Assembly (NCBI GenBank): GCA_002269645.1
Contig: NIVC01000010.1
Span: 1,178,001-1,242,000, forward strand
From: Macrostomum lignano
Lineage: Eukaryota
Direction: 5' to 3'
DNA length: 64,000 nt
Shown here in pieces: positions 50,640-62,143 of this stretch. The position numbers and the translations under genes were made by a program. The notes below the pieces were generated by a model that was not told where the DNA came from, searched no databases, and saw only the letters and a list, made by a program, of their open reading frames with translations. Each line of letters starts with the position of its first letter. Within the stretch, counting starts at the first letter, position 1.

Positions 50640-51370
50640 AACTTCTCTGTTTTCTTCTCTCTCTTCTCTCCTCCTCTCGTGTCTCATCTCTTCTCTCCTC
50701 CTCTCGTGTCTCATCTTTTCTCTCCTCGTTCTTCTCTCCTTTCTTTTCTCATCTATCATCTACATGTATTATTTCGTCCTCCTCCTTCGTCTCTTCCTTC
50801 CTCTCTCCTCCGCTCTCTCATCTCTCCTCTGCTCTCTCATCTCTCCTCTGCTCTCTCATCTCCTCTCTGCTCTCATCTATTTTCTCTGCTCTCTTATCTC
50901 TTATCTCTCCTCCTTCCTCTCTCAGCTCTTATCTCTTCTCCTCTCTCAGTGGCGCAGCCAGGGGGCGGGGGCCTGCCTCCTCTTGAGATTACCCCCCCCC
51001 GAACTTCTGGAGAAAACCCCCCCCCTCCCCGAATTTTTCGGCTTATCAGAACACTCCCTCTTGGTGCTGAATGGGCCCACCGAAATAAATTCCTGGCTTC
51101 GCCACTGTCCTCTATTCTCTCTCTCCCCTCTCCTCTCTCTTATTCTCTTCTCTCATTCCTCTCTCTTCCTATTTTCTTCCCTCTTCTCTCCCCCGATCTC
51201 TCTTCTCTACTCTCTCCCTTCTTCTTTTTTCTCTTGTCTCTTCTCTCTCCTCTCTTTTCTCTTCGTCTCTGCTCTCTCATCTCTCATCTCTACTCTCTCC
51301 TCTCTTCTCTTCTCTCTACTCTCTCTAGTCTCTAGTCTCTCTCTTCTCTCCCCTCTCTCCCCTTTTCTTT
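50640..51370 (+). repeat. Pyrimidine-rich (TC) low-complexity tract
   Basis: CTCT-rich sequence; the source of the spurious L/S-rich ORFs. Confidence 0.9.
50947..51107. mobile_element. hAT-type MITE with termini related to the 35341-35643 element, CpG intact
   Basis: TIRs CAGTGGCGCAGCCAGG / CCTGGCTTCGCCACTG; 8-bp TSD TCCTCTCT/TCCTCTAT. Confidence 0.75.
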
Positions 51371-52249
51371 CCTATCGACTATCCGGCCTGGTGGAGGAAG
51401 CTAACAAGATCGGCAGAGCCTGCGTGCCAGCTAGCATTAGCAAGTGCTTCAGATTTCTCATGGCTGCAGACTTTCTGCTCTTGGTTTCAATTTTTAATCT
51501 CAAGCTTCAAAACTCAATACAGAGTCTCTCCTTTGCCTCATAATGCAGACCATAATTTATACTCGCGCTTATCAATGGGTCCATAATCTTCGAGCGAATA
51601 ATAGTTGAGTCCAGTGTGACGGCTTTACCCGACCACACTCTCTGCCGAACGCAGCCCCACCATTGGCCGCATTGGTCTTCAGTGCAGAACTTCACAACTA
51701 TTACCAATATCTCACCAGTGTAGCAAAATTTTACTATTGTTTAATTACATCACCGCTTACTATTCCTGTTGAGATTATCTCTCCTATAATATGATAATTT
51801 TACATTTATACTCCATCACAAAATGTCTAACCTCAATAAAAAATGGTGAACGATATAGGGTCTAGAAGTCCGCAAGTAGGGTTTAGCAATCCGCTAATAT
51901 AGGTCACATATAATAAAAGGAACGCCAAAGCGAGGTGAGGTTAAGGAGTGCCATAAGTGAAAGTGAAAAGCTAAGGCGCATAAGTGAAACGATTAGAGAT
52001 CAGTCAGTGCGAGGACATAACTCTGATAATAATTTAACAGCCACCCTCCAATCCAGATACCAGGCCAAGCGAGTTGATATCAACGTCAGCCGAGTTACCG
52101 AGCAAAGCCAGTTACTGTTGACAAACTCGCCTCACAAAAATTGCACTCTTTTAAAATTTAAATGAAGGCTAGGTAAACATGCAAGCTCGATGAATAAAGG
52201 AAGCTTGATTTTCCCGACCTGTGGGATTCACCGGCCTAAAGGATAGGGC

Positions 52250-52770
52250 TGGGGGCGCCGACAAGGAGACAGAGTTGTCGACAAGGAGACGGGGGCTCCG
52301 ACAAGGAGACAGTGGCGCCGACCAAGACACAGGAGCGCCGACCAAGAGACAGTGGCGCCGAACAAAGACAGGGGCGCCGACAAGGAGACAGGGGCGCCGA
52401 GAAGGAGACAGGGGCGCCGACAAGGAGACAGGGGCGCCGACAAGGAGACAGGGGCGCCGACAAGGAGACAGGGGCGCCGACAAGGAGACAGGGGCGCCGA
52501 CAAGGAGACAGGGGCGCCGACAAGGAGACAGGGGCGCCGACAAGGAGACAGGGGCGCCGACAAGGAGAAAGAGGCGCCGAACAAAGACAGGGGCGCCGAC
52601 AAGGAGACAGGGGCGCCGACAAGGAGAAAGGGGCGCCGACAAGGAGACAGGGCTGTCGACAAGGAGACAGGGGAGATAGGGCCGCCGGCCAAGAGACAGG
52701 GGCGCCGGCCAAGAGACAGGGGCACCGGCCAAGAGACAGGGGCGTCGACCAGAGACAGGGGCGCCCGTCA
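52250..52770 (+). repeat. GC-rich 21-bp minisatellite (GGCGCCGACAAGGAGACAGGG)n
   Basis: Visible array; all frames open because the unit is a multiple of 3 with no stops. Confidence 0.95.
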
Positions 52771-53734
52771 AGACACTAAAGAGGGCTGCTGTAGCCGGTC
52801 CAATTAAAATTCCCGCGTACGCCATCGGCATTAAACAACATGAATCATCAAGTGTCGCATTTTAAGCTCCGTTGCAAAAATTGTATATTAAAATACAGTT
52901 ATCGGTGTAATAAAATATCAGAAGGTAATCTTCATTTAAAGTGTAGAAATAAATTACATAATATTACTGTAAGGCGTCAAAATGGAAACATGCAATGCAA
53001 TATAATATCAACACAATACGAGTATCCGAGAGAAAGATCTTTTAAAGTTTTAAGGTTTGCATATGATTTATTTTATACGACGCATTATCTAGCTGTCTTG
53101 TTTTAGTTTTCAATTTTCCATCCCCAGCCAATCACAGGGAACTCCGCCTGCAGCTGTCCTGATCGATTCATCCTATATGAAAAAGATAGAATTAAAAAAA
53201 CATGCTGTAAGAAAGTTCAATTCTGAAGTACATCAAGATTTCATTACATTATGCTCGTAGACTGCGGGGTACTTCATTTTCAGTTAGAAGCAGAGATTAC
53301 ACGTACATGTAGAGTTCCCTACATGAATTGCTTTCACCAATAAATTCATTTGAATCTTCAAATAAAAATACGGGTATTCAAGACCGAAAATGCCATTTAA
53401 CACGCAGCTTCGACTCTCAATAAACATAGACTGCATCTTTAGTGCGTAACGCGTGAGAAGAACTGCATATACAAGCATTTCCATCGATAGCATTTGAAAC
53501 TTAATACTGTTTAAAAGCAAAACGTAAAAATTATTTCTAGAAGCTAACTGCCGTGCACAGTAACGTACAATACACATGTATATCTACTAATCGACTCCTT
53601 CAGAAAAGTACAATTTTATAAAGAATCCAGCAAGCACTTGTGCTGTCATTACTGAAAAAACAAAAGGCGTTATGACGGAGCCATTGCGACCCATCAAAAA
53701 GTAGAATTCACAGTCCACCTCCTGTATGAGTTTA

Positions 53735-55861
53735 TCAGTCCCGCAGAAAAAGTACACCCCGAATGAAGGCTCTGCAGATGGGGCACGTCTTCAACGACTT
53801 GGCGCACACGGAGCAGCAGGCCACATGACCACAGTCCAGCAGCATGATGTTCACCTCCTTATCCATGCACACCTTGCACGTCTTCCAGTCGGTTGTGTCT
53901 CGGGGTCTTGGCTGTTGGTTCAAAGACTCTCGAATCTGAGGCATCCTGCTCTCGAAGAACGTCTCCGGATCCTGCGACTGTTTGCGCATGCGGCGGCTCT
54001 CGTTGAGCATGAAGTCGAGGAACAGCTCCGATGTGGCAAAGTCATCGCCTCGCAGTCTGAGATGCAGCTCTGTGAACAATCTCACTTGTAGAGCGGAGAA
54101 TCCGAGTTGAGTGAGCAGTCTCACAACGGGCAGGTCGGCTCTCGCCTTGATGTCTCTGGCCTCGACTCTGAACTCGACTCCAGGAGTGACTGCGAGAGCC
54201 TCGTCTGCGCGACTGCTGCGCAATACGGACCCGTCGACAGTCGCAGCACCTGCTGATGCAGTTGATTCCGTCTGTACCAATGCAGTGTGACGCTGAGCAG
54301 AGGCGCCACAAGTCGGGTGCTGCACGGGAGGCGACAGTCGATGCACTGTCTGCACAAAGTCGCTACCTCGCTCCAACAACACGTGAGGACACCGAGGTGA
54401 CCACCTGGCGTGCTCAACCCACACATCATCGTCGCAGCTCCACTCGCTCATGCGAAGTCCGCAGCTGAAGCAGCAGGTCGCTCTCTCGGCTTCCGAGTAG
54501 AAGAAGCCCGCCTTTGCAAGCAAGTACACTGGCTGCTGAACGAGAGCCGAGTGCAGAGACTGCGACCTCGCTTGGTAGGTCTCGAACTGTGCGTGTTTGG
54601 CAGTCACACTCGATGGATCACTCTCGAGACTGTGCTGCAGAGCGGACAGGTTCGTGAGAGCTCTCTCGGAGCACGCAGATCTCGCTACTTCGCTCGACAC
54701 TGGAAGCTGAGGACGCTTCATCATGTCGACTACGACCAGCTCGTCGTCCACAACGCGTCGTGCATTCGGTCCACGAGTTTCGCGTGTCGCCAGTGCCCAC
54801 TCGTTCAGTCCAGCGAACTCCATCGGTGGTAGCTCAGCGACCAGCTTCATTCTCCAGTCTCCGTTCACCATCACTGCTGCATCATCTGCAGTCTGATCAC
54901 TGCACTGCACTGCCTCTACCAGCTTTGCTGACCTCGAGTCTCCTTCCGGCTCTCTGTGTTCTCGAGGCACGTTGCCGACCTCGACGAACAGCACGAACGG
55001 ACAGGTGGAGAAGTGGCGTCTGTGAGCCTCTCGGACCTGCTCGCCCGCCTCCCAGTCCTTGAGCACACCCTTGCAGAATGCACACTTTACTCTGTCCGAC
55101 TCCTGCAGGTAGAAGAATCCGTCAGCAGCCAGATCCGTCACTGACACCAGGTGAGCCGCTGTGAAGCTGGCATCTGGCAGGTGGAAGGACTGCCACCTGT
55201 TCTCCTCTCGTCTCATGTCCCACAGGTGTTGTGGAATCGAGGCCGGCATTCCACTCGTGTCCCATCGCTGATTGCGGAAGTCCAGAGTCTGCGGCACGGA
55301 GGACGCTCTGCCACCAGGTGTGCTGTTGTTATAGTACCGCAGTACCTTGCTCTTGCCTGTTTGATTTCGAATCGCTGCATTGAGGTGTTCATGCAATCTT
55401 CTGCTACCTTTTAGTGCGTAATCAGCTGCAATTTTTTGAAGCTCAAGTAAGACATCCGGATTTTTGTTTTTTTCAACAGCTTGTTTGGCGATGGTGTACG
55501 TTATTGTCTGCCTGAGTTCGTCAACCACTTGCAGGCTGGTTATTTCTTGGAAGAACTGAAAAATGGTTTCTCGTCTGCTCTCTGATGCGGCGTTTCTTTG
55601 ATTTGAAGTCAGATTTTGAAGCCAGCGCTCGGTGTTCAGAATGGAATTCCGTGTTCTCCATTGAGCCAGTGTAGTTGATGGCCTTCGAAAGTGTTCTGCT
55701 GCAAGAGAGGTTTATTTTGTGAGAATAATTTAATTTAAAAGCTGATCGGCAGTGGCAAAAGTTTTTTAAACGTTTCAACGAAGTAAAAATTGAATGAAAT
55801 TACCTGCGTTTCGGCGTCGATGCCTTTGCTGTCCGACGTTAGCAATTATAACAAGTGACAT
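53735..55861 (-). CDS. IAP family protein copy 4, predicted join(55861..55804, 55698..53735), 673 aa (132-aa leader)
   Basis: The track ORF starts at a GTG. An upstream ATG exon (MSLVIIANVGQQRHRRRNA G|GTAATT) splices in frame (phase 1, 105-nt intron) to acceptor CCTCTCTTGCAG|CAGAACAC. The core is intact. Confidence 0.85.
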
Positions 55862-55906
55862 ACTGTTAGATCTTTCTGTGATATGAATAATTGCGCTTGT
55901 TTTGTC

Positions 55907-55914
55907 TATTTATA
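55907..55914 (-). promoter_or_regulatory. TATA box of IAP copy 4
   Basis: TATAAATA on the minus strand ~46 nt upstream of ATG 55861. Confidence 0.5.
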
Positions 55915-57588
55915 CTGAATGTGCAACCTGGAGCTTACGCTACTGCGTACACAAGGCTAAAAATAGCTTTGAGTTTTCTCAAACTGGGTTTTTCCGGTTT
56001 ACGAATTATCAAATATAGCATCTGTTGCAATGAGGAGTGACGGTTAGTTAATTATTATGTACATGCATACATAGAAATGTTTAAGATTTAGTATATTTGG
56101 ATGGTACGTATTTATTAGTGACGCATGCATACAGTTTTAGTTTCATTCTTTTAACTCTTACATTTTTGGCAAATTATAATTTTTGGCAAATTTATATTGA
56201 GTACTGAAATATTTACTCAAAAAAATAGTCACCCACAGCTGTAACTGCCTGTCAACGAGTTACAAGCCGCTCCCAGCCACCCCTGTAAGATTGACTATTT
56301 TAAAGAAAAAAATTCACGATGCCTTTTTCAGCTTGTCTTATAGTTGGAGAACTTTTTGTTTTATGATTAGGGATAAAAATGAAAGATAATCGCAAGGGGA
56401 TGCCTAGGCTATAAGCTGGATGTGACAACACCTCCCATACCAGCTGCTAAGCCCAATTTCTCCAATTTTAAGTTACCTCACGTACAAATTTCATCACTTG
56501 CTGTTTTCTCACATTTAGCGTAAAATAGATGCGAGAGAATGAAAGGTAATCACTGGTAATGAAAGATTAGTGGAGTGTGCTTTGCTGTGCAAGTAAAAAG
56601 TGGATGAAGTGAAAATTAATATGTTTTATTTCGTATCATAATTTTCTAATTCGTTCAATAGATGCGCAAATACGTGGCTCATTGCTATTTAAAATAGAGG
56701 AAAAAATAGTAAGGGCTTGTCAAGTGTCAGCTTCGAGCGTATTAATTTTGGTTTGTTTCACTTGTTTTCCGTTCTGAGAAACCAACCCTGGACCGGCCGT
56801 TTCCGTTTCCGCCGAGACAGGTGCGCATTGCGTCCTAATGTGAATCATAATACCAAAATATATTACCTAATGTCTCTTGCATCTTGCGTTAAACCCACCG
56901 GTGTAGATGCCAATGAGGCTGGCGACGTTGATAGAAAAACAGTATTTTGTTTATCCACGTGTTTGGTTTATTTGCATATTTTTGTACCACCCGCAGGCTT
57001 CTAATCAAACCAGAATGCAGACACAGCAGAGCAGAAGCCAAGCGAATAAATAAGGTCACCAACCCTCCCCAACCCCCTCCAGCAAGACAGGTCTGGTAGA
57101 TGCCCTCGTCAGATAAAACAGGTTAACAGAACCGGTAATAACCGGCCCCGAAATTAAAGTCACTTGTATTTTGTTTAGCATATTTTATTATATCTTTAGC
57201 AGGTTAAATTTCTGCAGAATGAGTTAAAAAGCAATATACACCCCAAAACTAGTGGTCAACTTTCCTCAGATCTCAGCCCCAAATGATGCAATTCACACCA
57301 CGTCCGCAGGCTCGTATGGGCTGATTTCGCAATCAAGCTGATATGAATAAAAATAAACTGATATTAGTGTATTATCAATGATAATATTAAGAATTCATTC
57401 AATCCAATTCATTAATTCATTCAATATTCAACTGATGAAAAATTCAGTCCACCACTGAATGACCACTGGCTTCGGGGTGGAAACTTTAACATGTTGCTGA
57501 TTGTACATGTACTCTCGTAGGGGGCTTGACTGGGTGACTGCGGATCGCTCTTCCGATGTCAACCGGCGTCGCGTGGGCGACGTCAACC

Positions 57589-57976
57589 GGAAAGGCAGCC
57601 ATCAGGAAGGAGCCGGCGCCCCCGCCCTCTGATGAGCGTCTCCGTAGGGTCTACAAGCACAAAATTAACAAATGCGCTGAAAATCGTAGCACGGAGACCA
57701 CACTCGCCCAACTCAGATGTGGTCAATGCAAGAAGACGGCCTACTGGCGACAAAAAATCGGTGCTGAGGCAAAGGCGAGTTGTCAGGACTGCGGTGAGGA
57801 AGAGGATAAGGACCACTGGGTGTGGTGCGACAGGTGGCATAAGGAGAGGGCGCGTTTTGGTATTCATGGTCTGGAGGATCTGGGAGATGAAGCGAAGGTG
57901 CTAGGGTTCCTGAAGTGCACGCACCCTGAGTGGGTGCAATGAGGGAACCCGCCCAGCCGAAGACGCACACGCACAC
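57589..57976 (+). mobile_element. 5'-truncated LINE 3' end (zinc knuckle) inserted into the RTE
   Basis: LAQLRCG..CQDCGEEEDKDHWVWC; (AC)-rich tail; 9-bp TSD ACGTCAACC at 57580-57588 and 57977-57985. Confidence 0.75.
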
Positions 57977-58610
57977 ACGTCAACCAGAGAGGCGGCTCAG
58001 CGTGCTTGGCTACGCCGACAACTTCGCCCTGCTGTTCTCAAGTGTCGAGGGCGCCCAGCGACAACTGAACAAGCTAGTTGCTGTTGTGGCGAGTGTCAGC
58101 CACTTGATCAACACGCAGAAAACCGTCGTGCTCTCGTGCTCTGCGTGCCGGATGACATCGAGGCTGCGATTTTGTGCCGAAGCACTGTTGGACAGGCGGC
58201 AGAGCTTCCGCGTTGTCAGCAGTTCGTCTACCTCGGCGGTCTGGTTTCCGTCGTCCGCGAAGATTTGCCGCGTCGCCGCGGGCTTGCCTGGGCTGCCTTT
58301 CGTTCTGTGAGGGCAGTCCTGCAGTACCTGACCGCCAGAGGGCGGCGTTGTTTTAGGCGGTGATCGAGACCGTCCTGTTATACAACGCCGAGACCTGGAC
58401 GCTGACGGAGTCGATCGAGCCGCAAGTTGACGCGGCGCACGCTGGCCTGCTGCGCGCCGCCTTCAAGATCGGCTACGAGCGAGTGACCAACGCGGCTTTG
58501 TATCGCCGCGCCAGTTTATTCCGTCCAAGCGACCTGTTGCGCCGTCGGCGACTCCAGCTGGCAGGCCACATCATCCGCGCCGAGTCGCACTGCCCACAGC
58601 CGGTGCAGGA

Positions 58611-58775
58611 AATGAGAAACACCGTGCTGATGGGCGAGGACAGCCCCCCGAGACGGCCGGTAGGACGGGCCATGGGTGACTGTAATCTGCTACTCGGGTG
58701 AGTGTGGCCGGAACAATTGGCCCGAGGGTTGACCTCGAGACACAGCCCCCGCGTGAAGGGTGTATCGTTGGCATG
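58611..58775. mobile_element. 165-bp GC-rich insertion with a 14-bp target duplication
   Basis: CAGCCGGTGCAGGA at 58597-58610 and 58776-58789; the RT frame resumes (..QPVQELLL) after the second copy. Confidence 0.7.
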
Positions 58776-58964
58776 CAGCCGGTGCAGGAGCTGCTGCTGA
58801 TAACGCTGCAGGCACCCTACCGATGGGGACAGGCGCGCGCTCTGCCTGCTTGCTGACGCCGGCGCCCCGACGTTTGTGGTGTTCGTTCGCGACCTGGCCT
58901 TGAGACGCGCCTTGAGACGCTAACAGAGTATTTTGTGGTCTTTGTTGTCATTCAAATAGACATA

Positions 58965-59229
58965 TAATAATAATGGAGGGCGGTTATTGGCCCGAACGCA
59001 ACGACACCGTCTCACAACCAGCGCTAAAGCAATTCAGCCCATTCCACTGACTCCTGAGCATACAAGTGCGCTAATGCTGTACGCAGACACACGCACTCAT
59101 AGACACGCTCACACAGGGTGTACAGCCGCTCTGACTTTCTAATCGCCAGACATGTACACTCACTGTGCCTCGGAGTTGAGCCTCGTGGCGCGAGAGTCAG
59201 ATGCATTTACCACTGAGCTGATCTGCACC
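58965..59229 (-). mobile_element. tRNA-derived SINE-like element
   Basis: Minus-strand head GATCAGCTCAGTGGTAAA (A-box-like) with degenerate B-box, ending in an (ATT)n tail. Confidence 0.45.
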
Positions 59230-59243
59230 AAAACCGATAATAT

Positions 59244-59329
59244 ATAATAATAATTGATTACACCTGCCCCGAAATCGAACCACCGACCTTCAAGTCGTGA
59301 GTCCGACGCTAACCACTGGGCCCCCATCC
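59244..59329 (-). mobile_element. Internally deleted SINE (tRNA head joined directly to tail), same family as 7021-7268
   Basis: GGCCCAGTGGTTAGCG A-box and GGTTCGATTTC B-box, then GGGCAGGTGTAAT..TATTATT tail. Confidence 0.6.
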
Positions 59330-59461
59330 AGAGAGGTATACTAAGAAAAAAATACTTCAAAAAAAGAAAACAACTTTAGCAGACAAACAAACCATTTCTA
59401 ATAACTTGTTCCGGTTTTCCGGTTGTACCAAGTAAACCTGCTCGTAAAGATGAAATAATGA

Positions 59462-60000
59462 CAGATAACGCTGATTTGTCCGAATCCAATGCTGTTCTGT
59501 CCGAATCCAATGCTGTTCTGTCCGAATCCAGTGCAGATCTGTCCGAATCCAATGCTGTTCTGTCCGAATCCAATGCAGATCTGTCCGAATCCAGAGCTGA
59601 TCTGTCCGAATCCAATGCTGTTCTGTCCGAATCCAGTGCAGATCTGTCCGAATCCAGTGCAGATCTGTCCGAATCCAATGCAGATCTGTCCGAATCCAAT
59701 GCAGATCGGCGGCAATCGAGTAACCGAGTGCCAGCTCGAAGCCTTCCTGCGCCCCTGTATCGTCAACGGAGTCCGCTGCCCGCCGGATTGCTCGATGAGC
59801 TATGAAAATATAGCGAATTACGAGCTACATGGAGAGCACCAAGATGTTCTCCAGAGCACTCGCTGGCGCGCTGCCCATGCAGGGAATGCGACTGCGAAGA
59901 CACCTGCAAGACTTGCAACCGTCGCTGCATGTACGCCATGATGAAGGTGCTCGTTCTCGAGTACAACGTCCCGGTCAGAATTCATGTTTACGAGTCTTAA
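59462..60000 (+). pseudogene. Degenerate Cys-rich coding sequence, possibly a SINA/SIAH-like zinc-finger remnant
   Basis: GC3-rich codons in IGGNRVTECQLEAFLRPCIVNGVRCPPDC..YELHGEH, then after a -1 shift RCPCRECDCEDTCKTCNRRC..YES*. Family resemblance judged by eye only. Confidence 0.3.
59465..59705 (+). repeat. 21-bp tandem repeat (CTGTCCGAATCCAATGCAGAT / ..GCTGTT), ~11 units
   Basis: Visible array. Confidence 0.9.
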
Positions 60001-61053
60001 ATGTGTTCACAAATAACTCACAGCTTGTTAGTTCATCGATCATTGAGTTCAACCGCTGAAGCGGTTTGTGGTACTTGCTTGGTAGTTGCCATAAAGAGAT
60101 GATCGAGGATCGAGAAAAGCGGGAAAACGCGGTACACCGTCTAAAAAAGAAATACTTTCATTGCCTAAAATAGCCTATGTGAAAGCAGTACTCCGAGAAA
60201 TAATCATGTGACAAGCGTCAAGCCAAGATTATTTATAGCTTTACAGCCCTAGCTTTAATTCAGGTTTTTATAGTTCATGCAAACAGCGAGTGTCGATCTT
60301 CCAGCGCACACTGTTTATCTTGTGCAGAGCTCCCCCGGCTTTTCCATGACTAGTGTACTGTACTGCATTGTACTCACGTGATAAAAATAACTGGCGGCTT
60401 TCCAATGAGTAAGTGTACGTTAATACGGCAGTGTAATTCAAGAGATAAAAATAGCGCTGACACTCAGGAAATTTCTAGAAGGTTCCATCAGATTGCTCCG
60501 ATTTAAACATATATAGATAACGAGCAAAAACTGGACTGTATTAAAGAATTACAATTCTAGCAGAATTACTAGAATTACAATCCGCTGGATTTAACGGAAA
60601 ATCGCCAACTCTATTTTATCTCATCGACTGAATCGTTACCTTGTAGTGGTGAGTGCTTAAAGCGTGTCTTATTCTTTGCTGAGATCATTTATCCGCTGTG
60701 AGGTCCCTAGATAGGCCACTCATTCAATGCTTTAGATACCATAAACTCTGATGAGAACTGGATCTATGGTCGAGACTAACTGAAATTTGTTATTTTTTTC
60801 AGTTTTAGAGCCGCGGAATGTGTCCAGAACCGTTTGAAGGACCACAGCGGTTCAACCAAGTAATTTTTGTCAAAGCATTGTGAACCATACTGTTTTTAAG
60901 CTATACTTGGAACTGCGTAAATTAGAGTAAAAATTTATTTTTACAGGCTGGCATTTATTGAGCCACTACCTTCCAAAACGTGCAGTTTTACAACGTCGTA
61001 ACATCATCATACCACTGAAATTTCAAAACGAAAACCCAAATTGTTAGTACACT

Positions 61054-61126
61054 TCATATACCCAAATTTTCACATACCCGAAATTTCACATACCCGAATT
61101 TTCACATACCCGAAATTTCACATAGC
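61054..61126 (+). repeat. 16-bp tandem repeat (CACATACCCGAAATTT) x~4
   Basis: Visible array. Confidence 0.8.
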
Positions 61127-62143
61127 AAAAGTTCACATATTTAAAAGTTTACGTCGAATTGCACAATGTCGAAATATAGCCTTTAGAGATATGACTATAA
61201 ACTAGAATTTTAAAATAGGCAATTAATATTTTCGAATCTTCTTTTTCCCTAATTTCACACTTTGCTCTTTCCGTAATTTCTATAGCTACTCACTTATCTG
61301 GATACGAAGGTCCTGTGTGATAACCTGATATTGATAGGATAGTCTCCAAATTTGCTGTAAATGTTATTTTTCAGCTGATATTATGGGAATTATAAAACTT
61401 CTGCCCAACCTTAATTAAATATTGAATACTAGGTCCGGGAGCTCAGCTAGGATGTGCAATTTTCTGTTTAAGAAATGAAACAAAATGGATGACTGCTGGT
61501 ACTAAGTGTCCTAAGTGTAAGTGTGGTCTTCTAAGTGTAAATTCGACGTTGTGAAATTTTAGAGTTGTGAAACCAACTGTCGCTGTATTATAACAAAACG
61601 TAAAAATCAAAGATGGAGTAATTTTTAGAAAGCCAATTTCCAGGAGAAATACACTGCGGAGATTGGAAAAATTTATTTTTTCCATAAAAAAATCAATAAA
61701 TGCATTTGATATGGGTCAGTGAAGATTACCCCTTCTTCAATTGCACAGCAACAATATAAAACACAATATTCACCTGTTTCCATGCTAAATTAAAGGAATG
61801 GTAATCTCAACTGGCCTGAATCAAATGCAAATATTGATATTGTAACGAAAAAATGATTTTTCGTGGAAATCGGCCTCCTAAAAACCTACCAGATTTATGA
61901 GTTTTACGTCCTGGTATACTACAGTGTTCGTTTTGTAAAACTTCGGAGTTGAAAGTAAAGTTCACATTTCGCTGATATAAGATACTTTCCTTAGATTTAT
62001 AACAGTCTAGCACTCTCTAATGGCAAATATTTAGGCCTCTAGTTATCTTTTGCCATAAAGAACGCCCATTACGAGCGTAAATAAGGATCTGTAGATAAAC
62101 AAAGTTACATGAATTTCTAATCTACTAATGTTTTAGCCAAAAA

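Larger units (their letters stand above)
57520..58920 (+). mobile_element. Decayed RTE-type non-LTR retrotransposon (RT domain and C-terminus) interrupted by two insertions
   Basis: RQPERRLSVLGYADN (YADD mutated), INTQKT, FVYLGG, VLLYNAETWTL, LRRRRLQLAGHIIR; several frameshifts; short CCTTGAGACG repeat tail. Confidence 0.85.

Noticed and set aside
49440-50640. Clusters of GAATC/GATTC and GAAAC/GTTTC motifs suggesting MITE subterminal repeats
   Set aside because: Could not define termini or TSDs.
58620-58660. Hammerhead ribozyme in the 165-bp insert (CTGATGG..GAGAC)
   Set aside because: Core deviates from CUGANGA/GAAA and stems I and III cannot be placed.
59803-59805. Selenocysteine readthrough of the in-frame TGA
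   Set aside because: No recognisable SECIS downstream by eye, and codon bias favours a frameshift explanation.
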